A DNA stretch of 64,000 nt from Octopus vulgaris (lineage: Eukaryota), in NCBI GenBank assembly GCA_951406725.2, contig OX597821.1:29884001-29948000 (forward strand). The letters are read 5' to 3'. Below the pieces are notes generated by a model. The model was given only the letters and a program-made list of their open reading frames with translations. It did not search any database and was not told the DNA's origin. Positions 50,786 to 64,000 of the stretch are shown piece after piece (position 1 is the first letter of the stretch; the number at the start of each line of letters is the position of its first letter). The translations under genes were made by a program, and so were the position numbers.

Positions 50786-51039
50786 TCAGCTTTTTATGCA
50801 GCTACCCGATAACACTACAATGACAAATTTTGTCTACTTTCAAGAAAAGTCGCTACTAGTTACGACTGAAGTTTTCTTTCATGAGTCAGATGTCAGCTTA
50901 CCTAAAAAGAAACAATGCAGTTATTAATAGGAATAATTGAAATTAATGCATACAAGATTTCCCAGCCAGCTCTGGCTTCACTCATTCATAGTCAAACTAT
51001 GAACATTTCAGCCCACCCACGTATAGGCATAACTCATAG

Positions 51040-51315
51040 GCTGTAACTGAGGGAGAAAATGTAACGATTCTTTGGGACTTCCTTGTATATACAAAGAAAG
51101 CTATCAAATCAAATAAACCGAACATTATTGTGAAAATCCAAAGTAATAGTGTGTTTATTGATTGACAAGAGTATCGCGTGTGATCTTAACATTTCGGTAA
51201 AAGAATTTGACAAGGTCAGAAAATATGAAGATTTGCTCATTGAAGTCGAAAAAAAAATGTGATGTCATAAGACAGTTAGAATCCCAATGATTACAGTAGT
51301 ACTAGGAATGATCAA
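51040..51315 (+). mobile_element. RLE domain fragment of an R4/NeSL-type non-LTR retrotransposon
   Basis: ENVTILWDF.V.T.KAIKSNKPNIIVK...ISVKEFDKVRKYEDLLIEVEK...KTVRIP.....LGMI; a second short related fragment (IHTDRRIKTN...IIVRD) lies at 51725-51850. Confidence 0.8.
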
Positions 51316-51318
51316 AAT

Positions 51319-51438
51319 CGGTTCCGGGTTCAGGAACACTGCGTGAGACCTTGAGCAATGTCTTCTAGTATAGACTTGGCCCGACCAAAATCTTGTGAGT
51401 GGATTTGGTAGACGAAATTTTAAAGAAGCCCATCACAG

Positions 51439-51473
<35 letters not shown>

Positions 51474-51716
51474 CATACGCACACATGATTGTGTGTGTGT
51501 AAGTATACCTCTGTCTTTGTGTCTGTGTTTGCTTTCCACCACCACTTGACAACCGGTGTTGGTTTGTTTAAGTTACCGTAAATTACCGGTTCGGCAAAAG
51601 AGAGCGATAGAATAAGTAATAGGCTTAACAAAAGCCCTGGGGGGGGGGAGGGGTCGATTTGCTTATGGCTGCATGGCTACAGTCAAATGACTGGAATAGG
51701 TAAAAGCTAAAAGATA
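51319..51716 (+). mobile_element. SINE family A (old)
   Basis: GGTTCCGGGTTCAG...GTGAGTGGATTTGGTAGACG...CAGTCAAATGACTG. Confidence 0.8.
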
Positions 51717-51897
51717 ATGTATATCCTGGAAAATGTCTCATATACTGACAAGGCAGCTATACTCCGGGATATGCTCATACACACTGACAGAAGGATCAAG
51801 ACTAATATGTCAAATATTATTGTTAGGGACAACCACGAAAAGTGATGTCTTGGATACCAGTCGGTTATATTTGATATAACTGCATTTGCCTATATGG

Positions 51898-51966
<69 letters not shown>

Positions 51967-52181
51967 GAAAAAAAAACTTTTATCAATTCAAAATTAACAA
52001 TTAAATTACACCATCTAGAAAATTACATATAATAGAAAAATTAAAATTAAAATAGCAATAAAATGTCAAAGATTAAGTAAATTGCAAAAAATAATAATAA
52101 AAACGTATATAATAGGTAGAAAATAATAATTCTAAATTGAATTTTTTTCCTTGTAAGTTTGGATTTTATTCCAAATCAAAT

Positions 52182-52257
<76 letters not shown>

Positions 52258-53231
52258 ATACATACATAAAAGTAAATATACACATTATATATAGATATAC
52301 ATGTATGTACATATAGATATGCATATATTTATATGTATTTGAGTGCGTTCGTGCGTGTGTGTGTGTATGTGTGTTTTCTATTGCACCGACTATACTGTGA
52401 ATAAAATTTCAATAAAGTGATCTGGATAGAGTTGTCTCTCTTGTTTTAAATTTGTTAATTCCTTGAAGCCTTAGAAGAGGATTTGTGTAATTTCACTTGA
52501 ATGAAGTTTTTTTTCTTTTTAACTCACAATATTATGTACGATAGAGTAAGAGATCCTGCCGTATTTCCACAAAGGAGATAGTTAAGCAATTTTAGGTAAT
52601 AGACAGGGAGGAATATGATGTAAACACGTGATTGGTTTAATGTGTGGTGAAGACAGAGAATTTAGGGAGTTATGACGCGTGCTATGTATCGAAAACTTTT
52701 TAAAATCAAGGGATTATATCGAGTCAGTTATAACTTACTTGAATTGGTAATGATTCTTAGTGGTCCCTAAGTGATAGCCCTATTTGTCAGAAATAGTAGC
52801 GAAAGCATCACACCTTACCTTAGTCTTTGATATATTGTCATAAAAAAAGATAGGAATTCACGTCTAGAATTCTTACAGTCAGATCAAACTTATGATTTCG
52901 CAATAACAACAATATCATTATTCTGAAGACAATACTGTGAAGTTAAAACCAAATCATAATGCCTTTCCCAGAAACTGTAAGACACGAAGAATACATATAA
53001 CAAAAGCTAATAAAACATGGTTCCGGTGTGTTTTGAATAATATGCACACACAGACACAGGCACATACATACATGCATACATACATACATACATACGTATA
53101 TACATACATACATACATACATACATACATACACACATACATGCATACATATATACAAACATACATACATACATAGATACGTACGTACGTACATACATACA
53201 TACATACATACATACATACACACATACATCT

Positions 53232-53559
53232 GAGACCCCCTTAGGTCATGACACTGACCATGGGATTGCATCTAGAAAGTTACCCTCCCAGACACAAGTC
53301 CTGGCAAGGTTGTTTATGGAAGACCAGCAGTCACCCATGCATACCTGCGTCCCCTCTCCACGCCTTTACTGTTATCCAAGGGAAAGGCAATTGCCGATAC
53401 AGCTTGGCACCTGTGACGTCGCGACTCATTTCTACAGCTGAGTGAACTGGAGCAACGTGAAATAAAGTGTCTTGCTCAAGAACACAACACGCAGCCCGGT
53501 CCTGGATTCGAGCTTACAACCTCACAATCGTAAGCTCGACGCTCTAATCACTGAGCCTT
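53232..53559 (-). mobile_element. tRNA(Arg)-derived CORE-SINE, family D
   Basis: GGCTCAGTGATTAGAGCG head, CTCGAATCC B box, CORE-like GTGTTCTTGAGCAAGACACTTTATTTCAC...CACTCAGCTGTAGAAATGAGT. Confidence 0.8.
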
Positions 53560-53592
53560 ATATATATACACACATATGTATGTGTACATATA

Positions 53593-53684
<92 letters not shown>

Positions 53685-53797
53685 TATATGTATGTATGCA
53701 TATATTTTATTTATTACACTATTGTTTGACAGCGCCCTCGCGTCGATTCGATTCGATTCGTTCGTTTCGTTCCGTTCTTATTCTCCAAGTACTGTTT

Positions 53798-53842
<45 letters not shown>

Positions 53843-54451
53843 GCACATACACACAACCACAAACAAACATAAACGTACAAAACAATACAAACACATAAGC
53901 AATGTCACACATTAAGGTGTACGCATATATATGATTAAGCCCACAGTTAATACACACACAGACACACAGACACACAGACACACACAGGCACACACATGTA
54001 TATATGCACAGTCACACACAAAGAGAATCACTAGTTTAACTGTTTTGCCTTTGAAAACCAATGAGTTGAAACAAATGGTAAGTAGGAGCGGAGAAATAAT
54101 TACTTTACTGTATTTAGTCCCGACATTTCATGATGTGTGTTCAAATGATGGCTTAGACTTGACATTTTCCATTCCCATACCATCGAAATCAGTAAACTAT
54201 GTACCAGAAACCAGTCATGCATGAATGATTGAGTATTAAATCGACCGTATTTCAGTGGATAATGCAATTTAGCGATCGCGGAAAAAAATATATATAAGAA
54301 ATAAAATATATTTCGCATTTATTGGCAAGCAATGTTGTAGTTCATGTATATTAGCGTAAGCAGGAGCTGAAACTTTCTGCATACTGGGTCCGATTTCATA
54401 TTACACAGACAGTATAGCAATTAGGCTAGTGGTTCACATCTATTTTTTAAC

Positions 54452-54645
54452 CTCTTTTACTCTTTTTACTCTTTTACTTGTTTCAGTCTTTTGATTGTGG
54501 CCATGCTGGAGCACCGCTTTTAGTTGAGGAAATCGACCCCCAAGACTTACACTTTGGTCTCTTTTGCTGAACTGCTATGTTACGGGAACGTAAACACACC
54601 AGCATTGGTTGTCAAGCGATGTTGCGGGGACAAACACAGACACAA

Positions 54646-54742
<97 letters not shown>

Positions 54743-54908
54743 TACGACGGGCTTCTTTCAGTTTCCGTCTACCAAATCTACTCACAAGGCTTTAGTCAGC
54801 TCGAGGCTATAGTAGAAGACACTTGCCCAAGGTCCCAAGCAGTGGGAACGAACCTGGAACCATGTGGTTGGTAAGCAAGCTACTTACCACACATCCACTC
54901 CTCCGCCT
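54452..54908 (-). mobile_element. SINE family A
   Basis: Full-length match with an expanded internal (CA)n(TA)n. Confidence 0.9.
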
Positions 54909-54978
54909 ATTTTCTTTTAGTTACTCTACAGGATCCCATAGACATTTGATGTCAAAATAAAATTCCTTTGTATAGTTA

Positions 54979-55393
54979 TACTCTTTTACTCTTTTACTTG
55001 TTTCAGCCATTTGACTGCGGCCATGCTGGAGCACCGCCTTTAGTCGAGCAAATCGACCCCAGGACTTATTCTTTGTAAGCCTAGTACTTATTCTATTGGT
55101 CTCTTTTGTCGAACCGCTAAATTACAGGGACGTAAACACACCAGCATCGGTTGTCAAGCAATGTTGGGGAGAGGGGAAACACACACAAACATACATATAC
55201 ATATATATATATATACATATATACATATACGACAGGCTTCTTTCAGTTTCCGTCTACCAAATCCACTCACAAGGCTTTGGTCGGCCTGAGGCTATAGTAG
55301 AAGACACTTGCCCAATGTGCCACGCAGTGGGACTGGACTCGAAAGTATGTGGCTGGTAAGCAAGCTACTTTCTACACAGCCACTCCTGCGCCT
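54979..55393 (-). mobile_element. SINE family A
   Basis: Full-length match. Confidence 0.9.
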
Positions 55394-55925
55394 AGTCAAA
55401 TATTATTAGAAATTGCATGCAAAATTGTTGAAATATTTTGTGTACTGTAGAAATATGACCAATTTCTTCCACATAATTTTTAACAACAAAATCTTATGTG
55501 GACCTCCAAGGTCCATTTAGACCCTGATTCATAATTCTCATAATTCAGAGTGAACCACTGAATTATGAGAACCAATAGGTTTCAAGGCTCTCATTCGAAC
55601 GATTACAAGTAGTTGCAGCTTAAAAGCACTGATGTGTGTCTATAGTTAAGATCAGGGCTTTATTAAGCTGCAGCTTTTCAAACCTTTAATTGCAATCTGA
55701 AGAAATTATGCATTTTGCATAAAAGAATATATTTTGTTGTTTTTGGTGAAAATATAAGAACAAGAGGAGACACGTGGGATAGAGAGTCACTGATGTGGTT
55801 CACAGGATGTGTAACGAAAAAGACGCTAAAATAATCATATAAAGCTGAAGAGAGATCCAAGTATATAGTGTGTGTTTTTAATTGGCAAAATAGGACTACC
55901 CTCAAGTATAACAATATACGTAATT

Positions 55926-56112
55926 AGGTAATGGCGAAACTTCTGCTGACTCTTCCGCCACAACTTTCTCTCACTCTTTCCTCCTGCATCTTGCAGCTAT
56001 CCTGCCATTTACCGGCGTCCCGTCCAGGTGGGGAACCTATACGCCACGAAACCGGGAAACCGGGTCTTATGAGCCAGGCATGGCTCGAGAAGGAATAAAC
56101 AACAAACAACAA
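55926..56112 (+). mobile_element. SINE family B, type 2, 5'-truncated
   Basis: AGGTAATGGCGAAACTTCTG through GGCTCGAGAAGGAA and AAC-rich tail. Confidence 0.88.
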
Positions 56113-56397
56113 AAATACATATTAAGAATAAATAGATACTTCAATAATGGATTAATATATATGTTGTTATTCCTAATTACATTCTCACCATAAACGAATA
56201 TAGTCTTATTGCTGTGACTATTTTGTGAAAGTTACTGCTTGAGTGAGTTGTAGTTAACATTAATTTTCAGGTATGGAGATAAGTTGATAAAATTAAATAG
56301 CTCAAAATTTTAATGGTACATATCTTTGTCACCCAAAATATTATGAATTGTGAAGTTGATCTAGCTAATGTGTGAACTTCAATTATAACGGTAATAC

Positions 56398-56480
56398 AGT
56401 TCTATATTTAAGAGATGAGGAATTATATACATTAATTACAATTGAAGGATATTTGTCCTCATCTTGTTTGTTGTTAACGG
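56398..56480 (-). mobile_element. Terminal fragment homologous to the end of the 34981 chimaera
   Basis: TTCTATATTTAAGAGATGAGGAATTAT...TTGAAGGATAT versus TTCCATATTTAAGAGATGAGGAATTAT...TTGACGGATAT. Confidence 0.7.
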
Positions 56481-56806
56481 TGTTTATAGAACTGGATGCA
56501 GCAACGAATGCTTGACCGGCTCTCCAATAAGGATGTATATTGTAATTGCTGAAAGTGTGAAAATAAATAAACAACGGAGCCTCAACGTTAAAGATCATCT
56601 GGCTAGTTGCAGCAGTTAACTCTCCTTCAAATCATGTAACAACGAGGGGTGTTTGTATAACGAACTCCCAGTTATAAGGGTGCAATGAGGTGCCAGATAA
56701 AGTAAAATATATTTTTGACCCTTTTTTAGAGACATTTCATACATGTCCGAACAAATGCTTGATTGCCATCGGTGGAACTTCTTGGCAATTCTGCGGAATC
56801 AGGATA

Positions 56807-57019
56807 GAGCTGAAAAAGAGGTAAGTGCTACTCTTCTCCTCTGGAAGCCATCTACTCGCAATACCAGAGGGCGCACACTCTCCTACCCTGATGTAATCTC
56901 CAGGGATACAGGCATCCAGCAACAGGGCCTCCGTAATGCTATGATGGACCGTGAAGTCTCGCGTAGCATGGTAAATTCCATTGTCTCGACCACGGTCGAA
57001 CAATGATGATGATGATGAT
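56807..57019 (+). mobile_element. Heavily 5'-truncated RTE-type LINE 3' end
   Basis: RAEKEV...LLLWKP....RGR.LSYPDVISRDTG.....LRNAMMDREV.R followed directly by a (TGA)n tail. Confidence 0.75.
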
Positions 57020-57938
57020 AGACAATGGTTTTATAAGACCCTGTAAAGTTAGAATATTCCTTTGAGCATACAATTTTGAAATCTCAGTTGGAAAAGAGAT
57101 TGCTTCAATCACAAATTTGACCCAAAATGTATTAAGCATACACAGTATGTTCAATGTTACACTTTAAAAAATCCCATTACTTATTGATCTTGCTATAAGT
57201 GTTTACAGAATAGTTTTCAATTCCTATAAGAAAAAAATATAATGGTTGCTACTGTGGATCATTGCTTCAAAGTCTGGAATATTAATAGAATCGACAGATC
57301 ATTGTATTTAATTTATCGAATTGTACTTGATTTTGTACAAAATTGTACTTAATTTATCGGCAGATTTGGTGAAATCTGAATTAGACTCGAAATAAACTTA
57401 ATAAAATCAAGATTATTACTGTATACAATTTTGGCCGATTGATGAAACGGAAGCCATCGGTAGAAGACAATAATCGTTCCTTAGAGAAGCACAAACCTAC
57501 AGACGACGAGAGAGAGAGAGAGAGGTAACCAGTTAAATGCCTGGGTGCCTTGCCAGTGAATTTAGTTGAGAGAAACTGTGTGATGCACGTATTTACTAAC
57601 CTGCCGACCTATATATGTGTGTGTTAGTGTGTCTGTACCTCTCTACGTATTTGGCTGCAAACCACTTCGGCGTTAGTTTATCCACTGTTCCTGTAAATTG
57701 ACTTTTCGGCAGATGGAATCGATATAATATGTACCTGACTTGAAACGGTCGATTAACCCATCTAAAGTCAGCACACTAAAACAGAAATGAATAAAAGAAT
57801 ATATATATATACGTAAATATATACATGTCCGTGTGCAGTCACACAACAGAAATGAGTAAACGAATATATATACGTAAATATATACGTCCGTGTGCGTGTG
57901 TATTTGTTTGTTTGTGTGTGTGTGTACGTGTGTGTATT

Positions 57939-57990
<52 letters not shown>

Positions 57991-58299
57991 TATCAGGTGC
58001 GGTTCTTCTATAGGTAAATGATTGGTCATCCTATACCTCAGTGTTCTAGTTAGTAGCCGAATCTCACTCGCTTCCAAATGTCATAAAGAAAAGGAAAAGC
58101 ACAATGAAAAAGAAAAATTTGAATAGAATGTCTGAAACTGATTTTCGTTATAGATTCCTGTATCAAGAGTTACCTGGTGCTAAATAACAACAAATTCAGT
58201 ATAGCTAGGTGGTAGCTAGCATACATTATGTAGTCAGGCGAGAATAAATATTAAACAATTTATATTACACAAGTAAGAAATCAAAAGGTTCAATGATAA

Positions 58300-58351
58300 T
58301 TCTTCTCACTGAAGACAAGGGAGAGAATTCCAATACAGAAACTGAGAAGAA
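58300..58351 (+). ncRNA. Incomplete hammerhead-like motif (helix III absent)
   Basis: TTCTTCTCA-CTGAAGA-...GGA GAGAAT TCC...-GAAA-C-TGAGAAGAA: perfect 9-bp helix I but no cleavage triplet. Confidence 0.35.
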
Positions 58352-59196
58352 ACCGAATTAATGTATTCAGTGAAACTAATTTTGAGTAACTAGGGTTAGA
58401 TGCGCTTCAGTTTTATTACATTTTCTCAGAGCATATTTATCAGTTTTTATCGAAAATGATCGAAATACTCATGAGATATTTTGAAGGAAAATAATTCAGT
58501 GATCTGGTAACAGGAAATAATTGTATCAAATTTTAGGGAAATGTGCAACAATTTTTAATTGAATGTTTAGTTGACACCAGTGATCTAACTGGTATCATAT
58601 TTAGTCGACCCTGAAAGGATGAGAGACACTGTTGCTCTCGGCGAGATTTGATCTCAGAACTTAAAGAGTCAGAAGAAACGACGAAAATTGTTTTGACCGA
58701 TGCACTAATAATTGAACCTACTCACCCCAATGATAGTGTGAAATGACGATATTGGGACATATTAATGCTGCTTCTGTACCAAGAAAACAAACAGTTGATA
58801 TAATATCCCATTTAAATGATATAAACTAATACACAGTACGTCGCGATGAAGAGAAAACTCGATAACTGTATATTAAATATTGCTCAGGAAAAGCAAGGGA
58901 GGTAAATCTGGAAACACAGACTGATTGAAGAGAAGCAGAGAGATGTTTAAAGTGAAAAATACAGACGTCACACACTCTGACTTTCTTCTTCAAAACGGAA
59001 AGAAGCTGTTGATAATCAACCGAAAACAATAAAGTACAATAAAAATTGAAATAAATATAAAAAAGGAGAAATGACGAATAAACAAACAAAAAAAAAACGA
59101 TAAATTAAAATAAGCTCAGATTATGGAAGCGGAAAATTGATTCGGAATTATTCCATTTCTGAGAGTCAATTATAAAATATTATATTTGTATGTATC

Positions 59197-59230
<34 letters not shown>

Positions 59231-59669
59231 TGTATGTATGTATGTATGTATGTATGTATGTATGTATGTATCAACATACATATACCTGTATGTATGTCTC
59301 TGTGTGCGTTTTGTATATACGTGTGTATGTGTGCGTGCGTTTGGTGTATATGTACGTGGACACTCTCACACACAAGCACAATCAAGTAAGTAAACATAAC
59401 CTATGAACGTTTATAAATAAATGTTCAATATAAGTAAGTGTATATATACATACATACACACACATACACACACACACACATATATATGCATACATACAGA
59501 TATGCATTTATATGTGTTATGTGTATGCGTATATATATCTATATGTGAGCAGATATATATATTTATATATATGTGCATATGTGTGAATACACACAAAAAC
59601 ACACACACGAACACGCACACATATACACATACACACACACATACATACACACACACACGCATATCAATA

Positions 59670-59884
59670 GGGTGGCGAGCTACTAGAATCGTTAGCATGC
59701 CGAACGGAATTTGGAGAGGCATTTCGTCCGTCTTCACCTTCTGAGTTCAAATTCTGTCGAGGTCAAATTTGCCTTTCATCCTTTTGAGGACGTTAACATG
59801 GCCACCAGTTGTATACTGGGGTCGATACTACACACTTATCAGTCTCTCGAAATTGCTGATTGTGTGCCAAAATTTCCAATCAAT
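59670..59884 (+). mobile_element. SINE family C variant (older)
   Basis: GGTGGCGAGCTA head, GAGTTCAAATTC, GCCTTTCATCCTTTTGAGG; more decayed copies near 57290-57420 and 58560-58720 on the minus strand. Confidence 0.8.
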
Positions 59885-60083
59885 ATATATATATATATAT
59901 ATATATACTCTTTACTCTCTTTTACACTTTTATATATACATATATATATTTATATATATGCATATATATATATATATATATATATGCATACATAAATATA
60001 CATAATATATATATATACATATATATGCATGCATATATATATAGACATACATATAAATAAATATATATGCATATACATACATC

Positions 60084-60478
60084 TATATATATTGTATATA
60101 AATAAAAGAGGCAGGCAACAGGTTGCTTAGCCACATACCGAAAAAACTAGAAATAGCAGTCAAATACTGTTTATTTCTATTTTTTCAAATGAAACTCCAC
60201 ATACGACATAACCCTGTAATTCACATATGCAAAACAGAAGAAAGAAATAACGAAAAGAAAGACCAACGGTCATTTACGAACGCGTTTCTTGATTAGGAAT
60301 ATAATAAAATATAAATTTCATGTCTTTCATCAGCGTTGCCTGCCTCTTTTATTTTTATACAATATATATATTGAACTTTTATAGAAGTTCCTACCGTTAA
60401 TGGTTATATTTACATGCCGAAATCAACCAGTAAATAATTGTTTTTTTTTTTACAACCATTAAAGCTATTATTTACTCT

Positions 60479-60480
<2 letters not shown>
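60084..60480 (-). mobile_element. Hammerhead-containing element with an inverted terminal copy
   Basis: Minus strand ACG-CTGATGA-...-GAAA-CGC-GTT|CGT at 60276-60336; about 35-bp inverted repeat at 60084-60119 and 60335-60370; homologous to 26953-27375. Confidence 0.7.
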
Positions 60481-60541
<61 letters not shown>

Positions 60542-60567
60542 CACACATGTACATCGGTGATATTCGT

Positions 60568-60610
60568 CTATTTCTTGAAAAGGGGGTCATAACACCGAAA
60601 TATTGAATAC
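60568..60610 (+). ncRNA. Decayed minimal hammerhead motif
   Basis: TATTTC-TTGAAAA-GGGGGTCATAACACC-GAAA-TATT|GAATAC; palindromic AATATT helix III; two core substitutions. Confidence 0.35.
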
Positions 60611-61294
60611 AAGGTGAGTCTACATTAATTCACATATTTGTTTTCTTGTGATTTACCTTGCATTTACTTCGTATTTTTTGACCTTACCCACGAACCTGTA
60701 TACAATACACACACACACATATATATATATACATATACATATATATATATATACATATATATATATATCTATATATATATATATATCTATATATATATAT
60801 CTATATACATACACATACACACATATATATACCTACATACATATATATATATATATATATATACATACATATATGTATATATACGTACAGATACATATAT
60901 GTATGTATAAATATATATATATATATACATACATATATGTATATATGGAATAGTATTATACCTATTGCCAGATTTAGGTTGGAACTTCTGTAGAGTGGGA
61001 ATAGATAATTGATTGAGTTAGGGATCAATAAAAAGAAGTACAACTTGACATTTATTTGCAATCGCTATAATTGCTACCATGCAACGCAATTCTCCAGGCT
61101 TGCAGGTATATGATTACGTAACAGCTTCCCTGCATTATGAGATTTAGGCAAACTGAAATTCTAGGCTTCAGGTGCATTTTATCTGTCTGCCGTGGCCTAC
61201 GATGTAGTAACAGCCACTGAGTGTATCAAGAAATGTCCAACTGTACTCCAACTTATTCAATTATCTGCAAGTTTATATATATGTTTATATATAA

Positions 61295-61550
61295 ATTCAA
61301 TTAGATATAAAACCACTATTAGGCAAATCAAACAGTGAAAAACATATACCAAAACATAAAAATAAACATAATTAATATAATATACAAAATATATAAAATG
61401 TAAAATTTAAAATTTAAATTATTTATCTATATCTATAAATTTTTATATTTCTTTATATTTTTACATTTTAAATTTATACATTTTTAAACTTTTATTTTTT
61501 TAATTTTTTAATTTATTACTATTATTTTTATTATTTTAAATTTTTTATTA

Positions 61551-61617
<67 letters not shown>

Positions 61618-61797
61618 TTTAAATATACAAATTTATAAATCAAAATAAAAAATTTTTAATTTAGATAATTTAAAATTAAAATTTCATATTTTATATATTT
61701 TGTATATATATATTAATTATATATATATTTTTATACTTTTGTATATGTTTTTCACTGTTTGGTTAACCTAATAGTGGTTTATCTCTAATTTAATTTA
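61295..61797. repeat. Long AT-rich imperfect inverted repeat (about 135-bp arms) around (TTA)n
   Basis: AACCACTATTAGGCAAATCAAACAGTGAAAAACATATAC pairs with GTATATGTTTTTCACTGTTTGGTTAACCTAATAGTGGTT. Confidence 0.8.
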
Positions 61798-61996
61798 TAT
61801 TTATACTATGAAATTTGATTTAATCATAAATCTAAATTTTCCCTGTACGTTATATACATATATATATACATATATGTATACATATATATATATATACATA
61901 TATGTATACATATATATATATATATACATATATGTATACATATATATATATATATATATATATATGTATACATATATATATATATATATGTATACA

Positions 61997-62094
<98 letters not shown>

Positions 62095-62139
62095 GGGAGT
62101 AAATCCAAACTTACAGGAAAAAAAAAATATATATATATA

Positions 62140-62262
62140 TGAAGAAGAGCGTAGGCTCAAAACGTAAAAGACTTTTTCTATTCCTGAGCGTTATACTAAT
62201 ACATCTGTTTGTTTTGTTCACCATCTGTCTTCTTCTTTTGTTATTTTTCGTAAACTCTCCCT
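62140..62262 (+). mobile_element. Short element between (TA)n tracts with a truncated hammerhead motif
   Basis: TGAAGA-A-GAGC GTAG GCTC-AAAA-CGTA; homologous to 10913-11135. Confidence 0.6.
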
Positions 62263-62505
62263 ATATATATAGACACACGCACATAAACATACATACAGAC
62301 ATATACAACAAATACATGTATCTACATCCATATGTTTTACATACCTGTCCATACATATTCCCACAATACCTGCGTACCAACATAAAGCACGCTCACGGAA
62401 AAGCACAGATATAGATGCACCTGCATTTAATTTTTTGCGAATTCAGTCTTCACGGTGAAGTTCAAAAGTAAGCAGTAATTAACATAAAATGATTGTACAC
62501 GCACG

Positions 62506-62537
<32 letters not shown>

Positions 62538-62797
62538 CAGCAACGCACATGCACATGCCTTTTTATATGCATATATTTTCATGTATTTATATCATATTTT
62601 GTAATCATCTAAACATGCACGTATATAGCTATGGCAAACTCGAGGGCAGAAACACGAACACCAATGAATTCACAGCCATACATTTATAGCTGTTTTTGCT
62701 ATAAGATGCGCTTGACTCGTAACTGGGTGCTTGAATAACACCTTATTCAAACATGAAGTGCAGTTTATTTGGACAAAACAAACACATTTATTCATAT

Positions 62798-63198
62798 GGC
62801 GCAGGAGTGGCTGTGCTAACCACATGGTTCCGGGTTCAGTCCCACTGCGTGGCATCTTGGGCAAGTGTCTACTGCTATAGCCCCGGGCCAACCAATGCCT
62901 TGTGAGTGGATTTGGTAGACGGAAACTGAAAGAAGCCTGTCGTATATATGTATATATATATGTATGTATGTATGTCTGTTTGTGTGTCTGTGTTTGTCGC
63001 CCTAGCATTGCTTGACAACCGATGCTGGTGTGTTTACGTCCCCATCACTTAGCGGTTCGGCAAAAAGAGACCGATAGAATAAGTACTGGACTTACAAAGA
63101 ATAAGTCCCGGGGTCGATTTGCTCGACTAAAGGCGGTGCTCCAGCATAGCCGCAGTCAAATGACTGAAACAAGTAAATGAATAAAAGAATAAAAGAAT
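62798..63198 (+). mobile_element. SINE family A with an about 17-bp head deletion
   Basis: GGCGCAGGAGTGGCTGTG joined to CTAACCACATGG; intact body and tail. Confidence 0.9.
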
Positions 63199-63775
63199 AT
63201 ACACAGGAAAACATTACCAATGAGTAAACTTTCATGTGGAGATTTCTTATAAATGGACCTTGCTATAACTGAATCAAATACTTTGATTTTCGAGACGTGA
63301 TTTTTTAAATCCATACACTACACTAGAATCCGTCCATTAACCAACTCACTCCTCATTTAACTACTGAAGAAGTTATCTTTCCCCTTTACAGATAATTTTC
63401 CTCTATTTTTGAGAGAAGAAAGAAGCGTACTAATTCTAGTTTTAGAACGTGTAGACCATGTACATATGAAATAATTAAAAATAACCAGCATGTATATACT
63501 ATATTTGTTTTAGGCATTTCCCCACAAGTGGACACACACATTTGTTTTTACAGTTAAAATTATATTTATTTTCATCACCCTTATACTTGTTATTGGCAGA
63601 AGTATTATGCATTCCGTCTACAGCATTTATTGCATTTTCAGGTGTTACTGTATGAATATTGGTTTTGAAATAGATTGAATAGGTGTGATATTGGATTCCC
63701 AGCTCAATTCATTTCATTAATGGAAATGATTGTTGGTCTCAGTTACCTCCCTTGTATTAGCCGCAGTAAATTATT

Positions 63776-63811
63776 TACTACAACAACTACAACAACAACT
63801 ACTACTACTGT

Positions 63812-63857
<46 letters not shown>

Positions 63858-63906
63858 GCTACTATTACTGCTACTACTGCTACTACTGCTATTGCTACTA
63901 CTACAG

Positions 63907-63977
<71 letters not shown>

Positions 63978-63978
63978 G
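63776..63978. repeat. (CTA)n/(CTG)n trinucleotide microsatellite
   Basis: Visible directly. Confidence 0.95.
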
Positions 63979-64000
63979 TTACACAGAACTGCTACAGATC

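Overview
AT-rich, microsatellite-saturated eukaryotic non-coding DNA (large intron or intergenic region). The tRNA-derived SINE families and (TTAGGG)n-bearing elements suggest a mollusc, most likely an octopus (inference). No intact host protein-coding gene is recognisable, and most ORFs in the track are microsatellite or SINE artefacts. Supported content: about 30 tRNA-derived SINE copies in at least 4 families, several with target-site duplications (TSDs); decayed LINEs (CR1 group, RTE, restriction-like-endonuclease type); a Penelope-like GIY-YIG fragment; mariner and maT transposase remnants; non-autonomous Helitrons; and a telomere-repeat MITE with 8-bp TSDs. The most notable signal is a dispersed set of type I hammerhead-ribozyme motifs: 3 well formed and several decayed. 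They lie in short non-coding modules that are mostly wedged into (TA)n tracts and often folded back as inverted repeats, and one half-motif is fused behind a Pol III tRNA head. Together these suggest a family of ribozyme-bearing, Penelope-dependent non-autonomous retroelements. Also visible are a SINE/LINE pair sharing a 3' tail, modular SINE chimaeras and an NRF1/ETS/YY1 promoter-like cluster. All alignments and base pairings were read by eye.
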